Positions 39,293-50,191 of a stretch of 64,000 nt of DNA are shown piece by piece. Below the pieces are notes generated by a model. That model was not told the origin of the DNA. It saw nothing but the letters and a program-made list of their open reading frames with translations, and did no database searches. This DNA comes from Rhodothermales bacterium. Its GTDB lineage: Bacteria; Bacteroidota; Rhodothermia; Rhodothermales; Bin80. The DNA lies in NCBI GenBank assembly GCA_965218495.1, contig OZ244626.1, forward strand, positions 223,886 to 287,885. Reading direction: 5' to 3'. The position numbers were made by a program, and so were the translations under genes. Numbering within the stretch: the first letter of the stretch is position 1; each line of letters begins with the position of its first letter.

Positions 39293-40237
39293 CTACTGCT
39301 GGCTGCTTTGGATTCGTCGCAGGGCATCCAAGTTCGAGCGAACGTGTGATGCTGATTGGCGCAGGAGTGTGCTTTCTTCGCTACTTAGCTCGACCTCAAT
39401 GATGTCCTCCACGCCATTTCGGCCGAGGCGTACGGGCACCCCTATGAAGAGGTCGTTATAGCCGTATTCGCCTTTAAGCATGACGGCGCAGGGTAAGATG
39501 CGCTTGGAATCCTTGACGACAGCTTCGACCATCTCGGCGGCCCCGGCACCGGGAGCGTACCATGCTGAAGTGCCCATCAGCTTCACGAGTTCGCCACCTC
39601 CTTTCTTGACCCGCTCGATGATAGCGTGCGTACGGTCTGCGTCCAGGAGCTCGGCCAAGGGAATCCCGCCAACAGTAGTGTAACGGGGTAGTGGGACCAT
39701 GGTATCGCCATGGCCTCCCATCAAGAGCGCCTGAATGTCCTTCACGGAGACGCGCAGCTCCGTCGAAAGGAAGCAGCGGAAGCGTGCTGTATCGAGCACT
39801 CCAGCCATACCCATGATACGGTGGCTCGGGAAACCGCTAGCCATGTATGCCACGTAGGCCATGACATCCAGTGGATTCGAAACCACGATGATGATGGCAT
39901 CCGGGCTCTGTGCCGCAATGGCCTCCGTAACCGAGCGAACGATCTTTGCGTTGATGGACAAGAGGTCGTCGCGGCTCATTCCGGGCTTCCGGGGTACGCC
40001 CGACGTAATGACGCAGATGTCGGATCCGGCAGTCGCGGAATAGTCACTCGTCGACCCTGTCACGCGCGTGTCGAAGCCGTGAATCGGCGCCGATTCTGCA
40101 AGGTCCAGTGCCTTGCCCTCGGACAGCCCGGGCTTAATGTCAATGAGAACAACCTCGTTGACCATGTCTTTTCGCGCTACGCACTCCGCCACGGTCGCAC
40201 CGACGTTGCCTGCCCCTACTACGGTTACCTTGCTCAT
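39293..40237 (-). CDS. mdh: Malate dehydrogenase
   Basis: VVGAGNVG, RKPGMSRDDLL, VSNPLD, GVLDTARF and GGHGDTMVP motifs. Confidence 0.96.
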   Translation of the reverse strand: MSKVTVVGAGNVGATVAECVARKDMVNEVVLIDIKPGLSEGKALDLAESAPIHGFDTRVTGSTSDYSATAGSDICVITSGVPRKPGMSRDDLLSINAKIVRSVTEAIAAQSPDAIIIVVSNPLDVMAYVAYMASGFPSHRIMGMAGVLDTARFRCFLSTELRVSVKDIQALLMGGHGDTMVPLPRYTTVGGIPLAELLDADRTHAIIERVKKGGGELVKLMGTSAWYAPGAGAAEMVEAVVKDSKRILPCAVMLKGEYGYNDLFIGVPVRLGRNGVEDIIEVELSSEESTLLRQSASHVRSNLDALRRIQSSQQ

Positions 40238-40409
40238 GCCAACTCCGGCTATTGATGAGTAGTCCGAAAATACCAAATTCCAGCTTCAGCACCCCTGGGC
40301 GCAAGAGCGTGCAGGCCCGCTGCGGTGGCATATCCCATACCTTAAGCCACTATGCTATCGGCGAAGCTGGTGAGGTTCGGCCTAAAATCCGTCCGGCAGT
40401 GACACACTG

Positions 40410-42137
40410 TTGTCAGCGGTGCAGGCTAAAATGACAGGAAGAGCGCCACTTGTAAGCCATGAGCTTCCCATGCTCCTAGATGACGCAACCTTCGTCGCTG
40501 TGGATACTGAAACTACAGGGTTGCGCTCCAGCAGAGACCGCATTATCGAGGTCGCCGCCGTCAAAGCTCGCAAGGGCAAGGTGGTTGACCGGTTTGTGAC
40601 CCTCATCAACCCTATGGAGCCGATACCGACGCGCATAACCAGGATCACCGGCATTAATAGTCATATGGTGACGCATGCGCCACTGGCTTGCGAGGTACTG
40701 CCTACATTCGTAGAGTTCCTGGGTGACGCCGTGGTTGTGATGCACAATGTGCGCTTCGATCTGAGCTTTATTAATGCCGAGCTCAAGCGTGCCGGCCTGT
40801 CGCCGCTTGCCAACGAGACAGTTTGCACCGTTAGGCTGGCGCGCCGACTGCTGCGAGGGCTGCCCTCGAAATCGCTTGCTAGCTTGAAGGCGTATTTCGG
40901 CATTGAGGTTGATGCCGCGCACCGCGCTCTCCCCGACGCCATTGCCAGCTTCGAAATTCTCCTGCACCTGATCGCGCGCCTGAAGACAGAGCGGGACTTG
41001 AACACCGTCGGCGCGCTGATCAGATTCCAGCGCCGCACGTACAGAAAGACGGGCGGCACGCCCAAGAACATTCAGGCGCTGCGTGAAACGGTCCTGCACA
41101 CAGTACCCCATTCGCCCGGCGTGTACTTTTTTCGCGACAAGGCGGGCAAGCTGCTGTACATCGGCAAGGCCAAGGACTTGGCACGGCGCGTCAGAAGCTA
41201 CTTTGCCGGCACTGAAGGGAAGGACCAGTGGACGCGGCAGTTGGTCCAGGCAGTACACAGCGCTACATGGACCGAAACGAAGACGGAACTCGCAGCCATG
41301 CTTCTTGAGCTCCGACTTCGCAAAGAGCACCAACCACCGTTTAATCGGGCGGACAAAAGCACGAGCAACAAGCGGTTTTCGGCCCCGCCATTCCTTCGCA
41401 TAGGCACGTGTCACACAGACCGCCGAATCACGGTGGTGCGACATATCCGTGATGATGGCGCGGAGTACTTTGGTCCGTTTTCCAGCGATAAGAGGGCCGA
41501 TACCATAGCAAAGGCGTTCTTCGCCGTATACGGTGAGCGCCGGAGGCCAACGCTCGAAGGCCAATTTGCGAGCCTGCGATCAGCACATCTGGGTGGCACG
41601 CTGACAGCGCATGGCCTTGTCGAGGCACGCGCATTTCTGCGAGCGCCCCGCGCGGAGGTGCTGCTACGCTTGGAGAAGCTCATGACAGAGGCGTCGCACG
41701 CGCTGGATTTTGAGCGTGCCGCAGAGTATCGCAACTGGCTTGGGGTGCTCATGGACCTGAGCCGGAAACGCTTTGTTGACGGCGAACCCGTACACGACCG
41801 CAACGCTGTAATTGTCGTGCCGCATGCCACGGCCACCGAAGTGCACTTCGTGCGCTTTGGCCTGCCGGTTGATGAGATGGTTGTTTCGAACCCGATACGG
41901 CCTGCCGAGGTAGCCGTCGTGCACGTGCATGTAGCGAAGCATTTCTTCGGAGGTACGGCTCGCCCTCGGCGATACACATTTCAGGAATCTGATGAGATCC
42001 GGCTCTTGTCCGCGTGGTTACACCGGGAGCAGAGCACGGTGACGGTGATTCCCTGGGATAGCAAGACGGAGCCAGCCGCATTCGCGCGTGAGATTACCGC
42101 CGCCGTCGAAAGGCACGAAGGTGTTGTGGCTGTATGA
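40410..42137 (+). CDS. DEDDh exonuclease (DnaQ-like) fused to GIY-YIG/UVR (UvrC-like) domains; start uncertain
   Basis: VAVDTETTGL, HNVRFD, HRALPDA, PGVYFF...LYIGKAKDL..RVRSYF and LDFERAAEYRN motifs. Confidence 0.88.
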   Translation: MSAVQAKMTGRAPLVSHELPMLLDDATFVAVDTETTGLRSSRDRIIEVAAVKARKGKVVDRFVTLINPMEPIPTRITRITGINSHMVTHAPLACEVLPTFVEFLGDAVVVMHNVRFDLSFINAELKRAGLSPLANETVCTVRLARRLLRGLPSKSLASLKAYFGIEVDAAHRALPDAIASFEILLHLIARLKTERDLNTVGALIRFQRRTYRKTGGTPKNIQALRETVLHTVPHSPGVYFFRDKAGKLLYIGKAKDLARRVRSYFAGTEGKDQWTRQLVQAVHSATWTETKTELAAMLLELRLRKEHQPPFNRADKSTSNKRFSAPPFLRIGTCHTDRRITVVRHIRDDGAEYFGPFSSDKRADTIAKAFFAVYGERRRPTLEGQFASLRSAHLGGTLTAHGLVEARAFLRAPRAEVLLRLEKLMTEASHALDFERAAEYRNWLGVLMDLSRKRFVDGEPVHDRNAVIVVPHATATEVHFVRFGLPVDEMVVSNPIRPAEVAVVHVHVAKHFFGGTARPRRYTFQESDEIRLLSAWLHREQSTVTVIPWDSKTEPAAFAREITAAVERHEGVVAV

Positions 42138-42209
42138 TTCGACGGCGCTAACCGTTATTTGGAGCCGCCTACACGAATCAGGCGCTGCGACGTGGCGAGG
42201 CTCAGACCT

Positions 42210-43674
42210 ATGCTCCAATCGGCAACCTTGATAACGCACGGACTTCTGGACCTATTCTGTGCACAGCTACCCAGGCATAGGACGTCTCAACGCACAAGCA
42301 GGCCGCGCTGGATGCCACAGAGGCGCTGGCTGGCGAGATCTGCCACGTGTCTGTGGCGCTGGGGGATTGCCCGGAAACCGCGCGGAGGGAGATGCAGTCC
42401 GCCGAGCTGCTGATTGGTATTCAGGAGTGCTACGGATTCGCCATTGAGCGTGGAGTAGCGGGCATGCCAGCCGCATTTATGGCCCGGTACGGCCAAGGCC
42501 GCCCCGTCATCGGGGTCCTGGCTGAATACGACCCACCCCCGGGGTGGGCAGCGCCGTGGGGTCTGCTCGGCAGCCACGCGCCGATGGGGTTACCGCGGGG
42601 CAGGGCTGTGGCCACAACCTCTTTGAGGCGACCTCCGTTGGCGCCGTGCTGGGCTTTGGGCGTGTCACGGAAGACGAAGGGCTACCAGGTTCGGTCGAAG
42701 TCTGCGGCACTCCTGCCGATGAGGCGTCATCGGGAAAGTGTATATGGCCCGGGATGGCCTTTTCAATGACGGCGAGGCCGAGTTGGGCTGGCACTTTGGC
42801 TTCAGAGTCGAGGTTTGGAGCCAGCCGGGTCGCGCAATGCAATTTTTGTGGCAGAGTTTTTCGGGCAGGCGGCACATGCCTCCACGGAGCCGAGGAACGG
42901 GTGCAGCGCGCTGAACGCAGTGGAGCTTATGAACGACGGCGTCAACCTTTTTCGCGAGCGCGTGAGGCCAACCACGCGCATTCATTATGTCATGCCGAGC
43001 GGGACAAAGGCAGCGAATGTTGTGCCGAAATATGCCATGGTGTGGTACTTCGTGCGCGATACTGACCGCGAAGGCGCTGACCGCCGGTACGCGTGGATTC
43101 TTGACAGTGCCAGCGGTGCCCCAGAGAGCACTCGCGCTTCGCACCAATTCTTTTTGGCAACTGGTGTCCGCCAGTATAACCTCAACCAGCCGCTCCAGGA
43201 AGCGCTGCAGGCAAATCTTAAACTGGTCGGCCCCGCCCAGTGCGTAAAAGAACAGCAAACCTCTGCACGGGCGCTGCAGGCGCACCTGGAAAATGAAGAA
43301 AGGGGCTACAACCCCGACACGAAGCCACTGGCTTCCGAGGTGCAGCTGGTTCGGGGAAGGCCCACCGATGTGGCTGAGGTGAGCTTTGTTTCGCCCACTG
43401 CAGGCTTCAGCGTCACGGCTGCGGCAGCAGGCGTGCCATCGCATAGCTGGGCCACCTTGGCCAGACGTGGCACGGAATCGGCCGTAGAGGGCGCGATGGT
43501 TGCAGCGAAGGTTTTGGCCGCGACGTGCAGTGATCTGCTTACTAATACCAGTCTGCTGACTTGAGCTCAGGCGCACGTCCAAGAAAAGACCGCCGGCAAC
43601 CTGCACCAGTCGCCGTTACCGGACGGACGGGCCGTACCGCAAACGACGGAAACAGGCCAACAGGGGAGCCCTTA
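42210..43674 (+). pseudogene. Frameshifted M20 amidohydrolase (AbgB-like); boundaries approximate
   Basis: Motifs are split over three frames: GVAGMPAAFMARYGQGRPVIGVLAEYD (42347 ORF), GQGCGHNL and GTPADE (42544 ORF), SALNAVELMN...RIHYV...NVVP (42815 ORF); premature stop at 43564. Confidence 0.85.
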
Positions 43675-43779
43675 ACGCGATCTTTTCTTTCGCTTGCCAT
43701 GCAATTTTATGTAAATTAGCGGGTCACTTGTCTGCTATGCACCGACGCACAACAACACGGCTCGCCTTCTGTCTTGTTC

Positions 43780-44283
43780 ATGCTAGCTGAGTCGCTTTTC
43801 ATCCTTCTGGGCGGTGTATCGGTGGTCGGAGCGCTGGGGATGGTGATCGCGCGCAGCCCGGTGACGAGTGCGCTGTGGTTGATTCTGACACTCTTCTGCG
43901 TGGCAGGGTTATTCTTGACTCTAGGCGCTGAATTCATTGCCGTTGTACAGGTGCTCGTATACGCGGGTGCCATCATGGTGCTGTTCCTTTTTGTCATCAT
44001 GTTGCTCAACTTGGGCTCATTGCCACTGTTGGACACGATGGACTGGAAGAAGGCGGTGGGGTTTGTTTTGTGCGTGATTGTGCTGACGCAACTGGTGTTT
44101 GTGGCCACAACAGGCCTTCAGCTGCTCCCCGAGCCCACAGTGGTTGAAGCGGATACAGGTTCGGCAACAACCATCGCCAAAGAGCTCTTTACCCGTTACG
44201 CACTCGCATTCGAGGTAATTGGGGCATTATTACTGGTGGCCACTGTGGGTGCGGTCATGCTGGCAAAACGCAGATTCGTCTAG
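43780..44283 (+). CDS. nuoJ: NADH-quinone oxidoreductase subunit J
   Basis: [27 protein letters not shown] motif. Confidence 0.95.
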   Translation: MLAESLFILLGGVSVVGALGMVIARSPVTSALWLILTLFCVAGLFLTLGAEFIAVVQVLVYAGAIMVLFLFVIMLLNLGSLPLLDTMDWKKAVGFVLCVIVLTQLVFVATTGLQLLPEPTVVEADTGSATTIAKELFTRYALAFEVIGALLLVATVGAVMLAKRRFV

Positions 44284-44288
44284 ATCAT

Positions 44289-44594
44289 ATGGAAGTTGCA
44301 CTCAGCTGGTATCTCACGCTAAGTGCGGTGCTGTTCGCCATTGGCGTGATGGGTGTCCTGTTCAGGAGCAACCTGATTGTCATCCTCATGTCGATCGAAC
44401 TCATGCTCAATGCCGTCAATGTGACGCTGGTGGCACTTAGCCAGTCAATGGGAGAGGTGTCGGGCCAGATTCTGGTGTTCTTTGTAATGTCGGTGGCAGC
44501 CGCGGAAGCGGCTATCGGACTGGCCATCGTCATTGCCATTTTTCGCAATAAGCTTACCGTCGACATCAATAATATCAACCTATTCAAGTGGTAG
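44289..44594 (+). CDS. nuoK: NADH-quinone oxidoreductase subunit K
   Basis: [11 protein letters not shown] and [12 protein letters not shown] motifs. Confidence 0.96.
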   Translation: MEVALSWYLTLSAVLFAIGVMGVLFRSNLIVILMSIELMLNAVNVTLVALSQSMGEVSGQILVFFVMSVAAAEAAIGLAIVIAIFRNKLTVDINNINLFKW

Positions 44595-44621
44595 CTGCTG
44601 CCTAATAGCAGGCTGCAATAG

Positions 44622-46616
44622 ATGAACGCTGATCTTCTGATTCTCTTGATTGTGCTGCTTCCCGCTGTGGGTGCGGTGCTGAATGGGCTCTTGCCCTTGT
44701 TCTGGCCGCACCTCAGGCGGAGCGAAGCGCTTATTGGCACGGTAGGAACAGCCATGGTGGCGGTGCCCTTTTGCCTCACCATAGCGCTCTTCTTGCAGGG
44801 ATTCGATGAGGCTCAAGTGACCACATTCTACACGTGGATGGGGGCCGGCGGCTTTAGCGTGTCAGTGGCATATCGCATTGATCACCTTTCGCTGATCATG
44901 ACGCTCGTGGTTACGGGCGTGGGTGCGTTGATACACCTCTACTCGATCGGTTACATGCATGGTGATCGATCTTTCTGGAAGTTTTTTGCGTACCTGAACC
45001 TCTTCATTTTCATGATGCTCAACTTGGTACTGGCAGACAATCTGCTAGTACTATTCTTGGGCTGGGAAGGGGTAGGGCTGTGCTCGTTTCTTCTCATAGG
45101 GTTCTGGTACGAAGACCTGAAAAACAGCGCGGCAGCTACGAAGGCTTTTGTGGTCAACCGCATAGGAGATTTCGCTTTTTTGCTGGCGATGTTCATCCTG
45201 GTGCGCGAGGTTGGCAGCCTAAGCTTCGCTGAAGTGTTTGCGGGCGCGAGCGAGATGTCCCAAGGCACGCTTAATGCAGTGGTCTTACTTCTCTTTATTG
45301 GAGCCACAGGCAAGAGTGCACAGATTCCGCTTTTTGTCTGGCTGCCTGATGCCATGGCAGGCCCGACTCCCGTATCGGCACTCATTCACGCGGCCACGAT
45401 GGTAACCAGTGGCCTGTACCTGCTCGCCAGGATGTCGTCGGTGGTGCTGTTGGCGCCGACCATAATGGGGCTTATCGCGGTGGTTGGTGCCCTGACGGCG
45501 CTGGTAGCCGCGTCTATTGCGATTGCCCAAACTGATATCAAGCGGGTCCTGGCCTATTCTACCGTGTCACAGTTGGGTTTCATGTTCATGGCGACGGGTG
45601 TCGGGGCCTTCTTTGTTGCCATCTTTCACGTGGCTATGCATGCGTTCTTCAAAGCCTGTCTATTCTTGGGCTCTGGAAGCGTGATCCATGGAATGCACCA
45701 TGTCGAACATGAGTTGCGCGACAAAGGATATGAAGGGGAATTCGACGCGCAGGACATGCGCACGATGGGCGGCCTGAAGCAATATATGCCGCGCACACGA
45801 TGGACATACCTGATTGCCACGCTGGCGATCAGTGGGATACCGCTAACGGCCGGGTTCTTTTCCAAGGACGAAATTCTGTTCAAGGCATTTGAGTTCGGCT
45901 TCGACGGGCATGTCTTTGCATGGTTTGTATGGGCGGTAGGCATTGGAACGGCGCTGCTGACGGCATTCTACATGACGCGGTCGTACATGCTCACTTTCGA
46001 AGGCACCGTACGGTGGCCCCGGGCCCAGGAGGTGCACCCGCATGAGTCGCCATGGACCATCACGTTTCCGCTGGTAGTGTTGGCGTCACTCTCGCTGGTA
46101 GGCGGGTTCATCGGGCTGCCAAAGCTGGCCGAGAAGGTGGGCCTGCACAGCTGGATTCACGGCTACTTGGTGGGCCATGGGGAGCACCATGGTCCGGTGG
46201 CGGAGGCTGCGACAAGCACACACGTAAGTGTGGGGATGGAAGTGGGGCTGATACTGTTGGGCTCTCTCATCGCCGTCGGTGGTGTCTGGTGGGCGTGGCG
46301 CTTCTTTGCACGCTATGAGTTGTCGGGCGACGAGCTGATTCGCGGGCGATTTGGCGTGTTATACCAGTGGTGGAAGCGTAGCTATTTCTGGGACGAATTC
46401 TATCAGAAGGTGGTGGTTAGGCCTGTTGTCGGCGCCGCGGAAAACGTGTTGGCGCCTTTCGACAACCGCATCATTGACGGCTTGGTTAATGCGGTCGCCC
46501 GTACGGCGCAAGGCATTAGTAGCATGGTGCGATATCTGCAGACGGGCGTGGTGCAGGTATATGCCTTGGCGATTGTATTCGGGGTCGTGGTAGTGATCGC
46601 ACTGATGGTGTTTTAG
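44622..46616 (+). CDS. nuoL: NADH-quinone oxidoreductase subunit L
   Basis: GWEGVGLCS, GKSAQIPL.VWLPDAMAGPTPVSALIHAATMV and GFFSKDEI motifs. Confidence 0.97.
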   Translation: MNADLLILLIVLLPAVGAVLNGLLPLFWPHLRRSEALIGTVGTAMVAVPFCLTIALFLQGFDEAQVTTFYTWMGAGGFSVSVAYRIDHLSLIMTLVVTGVGALIHLYSIGYMHGDRSFWKFFAYLNLFIFMMLNLVLADNLLVLFLGWEGVGLCSFLLIGFWYEDLKNSAAATKAFVVNRIGDFAFLLAMFILVREVGSLSFAEVFAGASEMSQGTLNAVVLLLFIGATGKSAQIPLFVWLPDAMAGPTPVSALIHAATMVTSGLYLLARMSSVVLLAPTIMGLIAVVGALTALVAASIAIAQTDIKRVLAYSTVSQLGFMFMATGVGAFFVAIFHVAMHAFFKACLFLGSGSVIHGMHHVEHELRDKGYEGEFDAQDMRTMGGLKQYMPRTRWTYLIATLAISGIPLTAGFFSKDEILFKAFEFGFDGHVFAWFVWAVGIGTALLTAFYMTRSYMLTFEGTVRWPRAQEVHPHESPWTITFPLVVLASLSLVGGFIGLPKLAEKVGLHSWIHGYLVGHGEHHGPVAEAATSTHVSVGMEVGLILLGSLIAVGGVWWAWRFFARYELSGDELIRGRFGVLYQWWKRSYFWDEFYQKVVVRPVVGAAENVLAPFDNRIIDGLVNAVARTAQGISSMVRYLQTGVVQVYALAIVFGVVVVIALMVF

Positions 46617-46620
46617 CGCT

Positions 46621-48312
46621 GTGCAAATGCCAGATCTCCTGTCAATAGTCATCTTTCTGCCGCTGCTGGGCGCGCTGTTTACGATGGCAGCGCACAGTGC
46701 ACAGGCAATCCGCGTAGTGGCACTGGTTGTGACTACCATCACGTTCGCGATTTCAGTGCTACTGTGGACTGGATTCAGTGTCCAGGACGCGGCCGACCTG
46801 CAGTTCGCCAGTGGCGGATTCAGTCTGATCAGTGAGGCGTACGACATAAAGTATCTCGTGGGCATTGACGGTATCAGCCTGCTGCTAGTACTGCTTACGA
46901 CGCTTCTGGGGCCGATCGTGGTGCTTTCTTCGTGGAAGTACATTGGCCAGCACGTCAAGGGCTATTACACCCTGCTACTTGTCCTGCAGACCGGTATGAC
47001 CGGAGTGTTCTGCGCCTTTGATGTCGTACTGTTCTACATCTTTTTTGAGCTAACCCTGATTCCAATGTATTTCTTGATCGGAATCTGGGGCGGTGAGGAG
47101 CGGATTTACGCCGCAGTAAAGTTTGTCATATACACAATGGTCGGATCGCTACTAATGCTAGTAGCGATTCTTTACTTGGGCCATGTGGCGGGGCAGGCCG
47201 TAAATGGCGGCGTTTTTACCACGGATTACTTCAAGCTTCTGGAATTTAATGTCCCCATCAGTACGCAGGCGTGGCTCTTTGTGCTGTTTGCCTTCGCTTT
47301 TGCCATCAAAGTGCCGATGTTTCCGTTCCATACCTGGCTGCCGGACGCCCATGTCCAGGCTCCAACGGGTGGCTCGGTGATTCTGGCCGGTGTTTTGCTG
47401 AAGATGGGTACCTATGGTCTGATCCGGTTCTGTTTGCCGTTTTTTCCGAATGCTGCTGCCGAGCATGCTGTGCTTTTTGGGACGCTGGCCGTTATTGGGA
47501 TCGTCTACGGCGCGCTCGTGTCTAGGGCCCAGCCTGACGCCAAGAAGCTGGTGGCTTACTCCAGCGTAAGCCACCTCGGCTTTGTTGTTCTGGGGATCTT
47601 TGCGTTTACGCTCACAAGCCTGCAGGGCGCGATGATTCAGATGATCAACCATGGCTTGTCTACGGGTGCCTTGTTTCTCTTGGTTGGGATGCTCTACGAA
47701 AGGCGACATACGCGCAAGATGTCTGACTATGGCGGCATTGCCCGCAGCGTGCCACTGCTTACGTTCTTCATGGCGCTATCGGTGCTGGCATCGGCCGGCT
47801 TGCCCGGGCTCAACGGATTCGTGGGAGAATTCCTTATCCTGGTAGGGTCGTTTGGCAGCAGCACGCCCGGAATGCCGATACTCACCGTGGTGGCTACGAC
47901 GGGGGTAATTCTCGCTGCGGTGTATCTCCTGTGGATGCTAAGCCGAATGTTTTTTGGGCCGGTCGATAAGGAGGAAAACCGGTCCATACCCGACCTTAGT
48001 CGTCGGGAGATTGTTACGCTGGCGCCACTTGCGCTGCTGATGATCATCCTGGGCGTGATGCCGCAGCCGTTTCTCAAGCGAAGTGAGCCCGCGACGGCAC
48101 ATTTGCTTGCGTTGATTCAGGAGAAGCAGGCTGCGGCTCCGGCGAAACCCGTGCCCTGGATTCCAAGGGAAGTGCCCAAAACTCCGCAGCAGGAGGGAGA
48201 GACCCAGGCGACGTTGGAGGCGCAGGTGAGCTACCCTGGCTACCAAAGTCAGGCGGCCAGCGCCAACGCTGGCATTGTTTCTGTCCAGGCGGGGGATCCC
48301 CAACAATTCTAA
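46621..48312 (+). CDS. nuoM: NADH-quinone oxidoreductase subunit M
   Basis: KVPMFPFHTWLPDAHVQAPT, LLKMGTYG, AYSSVSHLG and GLPGLNGFVGE motifs; low-complexity C-terminal extension. Confidence 0.96.
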   Translation: MQMPDLLSIVIFLPLLGALFTMAAHSAQAIRVVALVVTTITFAISVLLWTGFSVQDAADLQFASGGFSLISEAYDIKYLVGIDGISLLLVLLTTLLGPIVVLSSWKYIGQHVKGYYTLLLVLQTGMTGVFCAFDVVLFYIFFELTLIPMYFLIGIWGGEERIYAAVKFVIYTMVGSLLMLVAILYLGHVAGQAVNGGVFTTDYFKLLEFNVPISTQAWLFVLFAFAFAIKVPMFPFHTWLPDAHVQAPTGGSVILAGVLLKMGTYGLIRFCLPFFPNAAAEHAVLFGTLAVIGIVYGALVSRAQPDAKKLVAYSSVSHLGFVVLGIFAFTLTSLQGAMIQMINHGLSTGALFLLVGMLYERRHTRKMSDYGGIARSVPLLTFFMALSVLASAGLPGLNGFVGEFLILVGSFGSSTPGMPILTVVATTGVILAAVYLLWMLSRMFFGPVDKEENRSIPDLSRREIVTLAPLALLMIILGVMPQPFLKRSEPATAHLLALIQEKQAAAPAKPVPWIPREVPKTPQQEGETQATLEAQVSYPGYQSQAASANAGIVSVQAGDPQQF

Positions 48313-48315
48313 AGC

Positions 48316-49872
48316 ATGACCATTGCATCTAGGGCTTGTCAGCTAACGCTGGTGCTGCTGTTGGTATGTGCTGCCCCAGTCATGGCGCAGGACGCGCACG
48401 ACGGCACGGTGGCAACCGACCAGGCGCAAGAAGAAATTGAGGCTGCGGACGTTGCTACAGTAGACGGCCACGAGCAGGAAGGAGCCACCGATCGCGAGCC
48501 ATCCGACGAGCGCCAGCAGCACAGCCTAGCGGCAGCGCAACATGGCACGGTGCCACCTTTGTGGCTGGTCGTCCCGTTTATCGGGCTGCTGCTAATGATA
48601 GCCACAGGCCCGCTGCTATACTTGCACCACTGGCATCATCACTACCCGAAGTACGCGTTGGGATTTGGGCTTATCGTGACGCTGTACTACGTCTTCGTGT
48701 TGCAGGATGCAATCTCGATGATGCATGCGCTCCAGGAGTTCCTGTCATTTATTGCGTTGGTTGCTTCACTGTTTATCGCTGCTAGCGGCATCTTCCTCAA
48801 GGTGAATGCACGCGGTACACCACTGGTCAATGTAGGGCTGCTTTCGGTAGGTGCCGTTGTGGCAAACCTTATCGCCACGACCGGGGCCGCGATGCTTTTC
48901 ATCAGGCCCTACATGCGGCTGAACAAAGGCCGCCTGAAGGCCTATCACATCGTCTTCTTCATCTTCATCGTAGCAAATGTCGGCGGTGCGCTGACCCCTA
49001 TCGGCGATCCACCGCTTTTTCTGGGCTTCTTGCGCGGCGTGCCTTTTTTCTGGACCGCGACGCATGTGTGGTACGTGTGGGCGCCGACGATGCTCGTGCT
49101 GCTGGGCATCTTCTTTGTTATGGATTCCCGCAACAAGGCCACCAGCTCTACGGAGCTGACAAAGGGAAAGGTGGTAGAGCTGGAGGGGAACCGGAGCTTT
49201 ATTTTTGTGCTCATCATCATCCTCTCAGTCTTCGTTGATCCCAATGTCTTCACGGGCATGAAGGGTACGCCGCTGGATTTCGTAGGCTCGTACCACCTCC
49301 CGTTTGGCTTGCGCGAGGTGATCATGTTTTCGATGTGCTACGTGGGCTACCGGTTCTGCAAGAAGGAAGCGCTGCTCAAGAACGAGTTTTCTTTTGAGCC
49401 CATTCGCGAGGTGGGCTGGCTTTTCCTCGGTATTTTTGCTTGCATGGTACCGGCTCTGGCGCTGATCTCCAATTATGCCAGCGAGAATTCCGACACACTT
49501 ACTACTGGCGTATTCTATTGGGGGACCGGTTTCCTCTCTGCCGTACTGGACAACGCACCAACGTACCTTAACTTTCTTGCGGCTGCGATGGGCAAGTTCG
49601 GTTTAGATGTCAACGTAGCTGAAAATGTCAAAATGTTCGCCGCCGCAGAGGAGTCCTTGCTGTACCTGCAGGCGATTTCGGTCGCGGCCGTGTTCTTTGG
49701 TGCCATGACCTATATCGGTAATGCCCCCAACTTCATGGTGAAGGCCATTGCGGAGTCCAATAACGTGGACGCGCCGTCGTTCGCAGGCTACCTCTTCAAG
49801 TACGCGCTTCCGATCCTGGTTCCAGTGTACTTTGTAGTGTGGTTGGTTTTTTATTCGGGCTGGGTGCTCTGA
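48316..49872 (+). CDS. Putative Na+/H+ antiporter (NhaD/IT superfamily)
   Basis: ANVGGALTPIGDPPLFLGFL, LSAVLDNAPTY and GAMTYIGNAPN motifs; multiple TM segments. Confidence 0.85.
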   Translation: MTIASRACQLTLVLLLVCAAPVMAQDAHDGTVATDQAQEEIEAADVATVDGHEQEGATDREPSDERQQHSLAAAQHGTVPPLWLVVPFIGLLLMIATGPLLYLHHWHHHYPKYALGFGLIVTLYYVFVLQDAISMMHALQEFLSFIALVASLFIAASGIFLKVNARGTPLVNVGLLSVGAVVANLIATTGAAMLFIRPYMRLNKGRLKAYHIVFFIFIVANVGGALTPIGDPPLFLGFLRGVPFFWTATHVWYVWAPTMLVLLGIFFVMDSRNKATSSTELTKGKVVELEGNRSFIFVLIIILSVFVDPNVFTGMKGTPLDFVGSYHLPFGLREVIMFSMCYVGYRFCKKEALLKNEFSFEPIREVGWLFLGIFACMVPALALISNYASENSDTLTTGVFYWGTGFLSAVLDNAPTYLNFLAAAMGKFGLDVNVAENVKMFAAAEESLLYLQAISVAAVFFGAMTYIGNAPNFMVKAIAESNNVDAPSFAGYLFKYALPILVPVYFVVWLVFYSGWVL

Positions 49873-49880
49873 ATTGAACT

Positions 49881-50177
49881 ATGAAGCGCAAGCCGTTAAA
49901 CAGCAGCCAAATTGAGTCGGCGCTTGAAGAGCTCCCGGGCTGGGCATTCAGCGATGACAGGCTTAGCAAAGCCTTCCGGTTTGGCAACTACCGCGAGACC
50001 ATCAGCTTCGTGATTCGCATAGCCTTTGAGGCGGAGGCGGCCGATCATCATCCCACACTGGTGGTAGGCTACAATCAGCTCTCTGTCACAACCTGCACGC
50101 ACGATGCGGGCAACAAGGTTACGGCGATGGATGTGGCGCTTGCGGCGTCCATCGAGGCATGCACTATCAAGGTATAG
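49881..50177 (+). CDS. Pterin-4-alpha-carbinolamine dehydratase family protein
   Basis: LPGW, AEAADHHP and THDAGNKVTAMD motifs. Confidence 0.9.
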   Translation: MKRKPLNSSQIESALEELPGWAFSDDRLSKAFRFGNYRETISFVIRIAFEAEAADHHPTLVVGYNQLSVTTCTHDAGNKVTAMDVALAASIEACTIKV

Positions 50178-50191
50178 ATCAAGCCGCATCC

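Noticed and set aside
48616-48650. His-rich HHWHHHY stretch in the antiporter
   Set aside because: Appears to be a family feature of this antiporter type rather than a special metal-binding insert.
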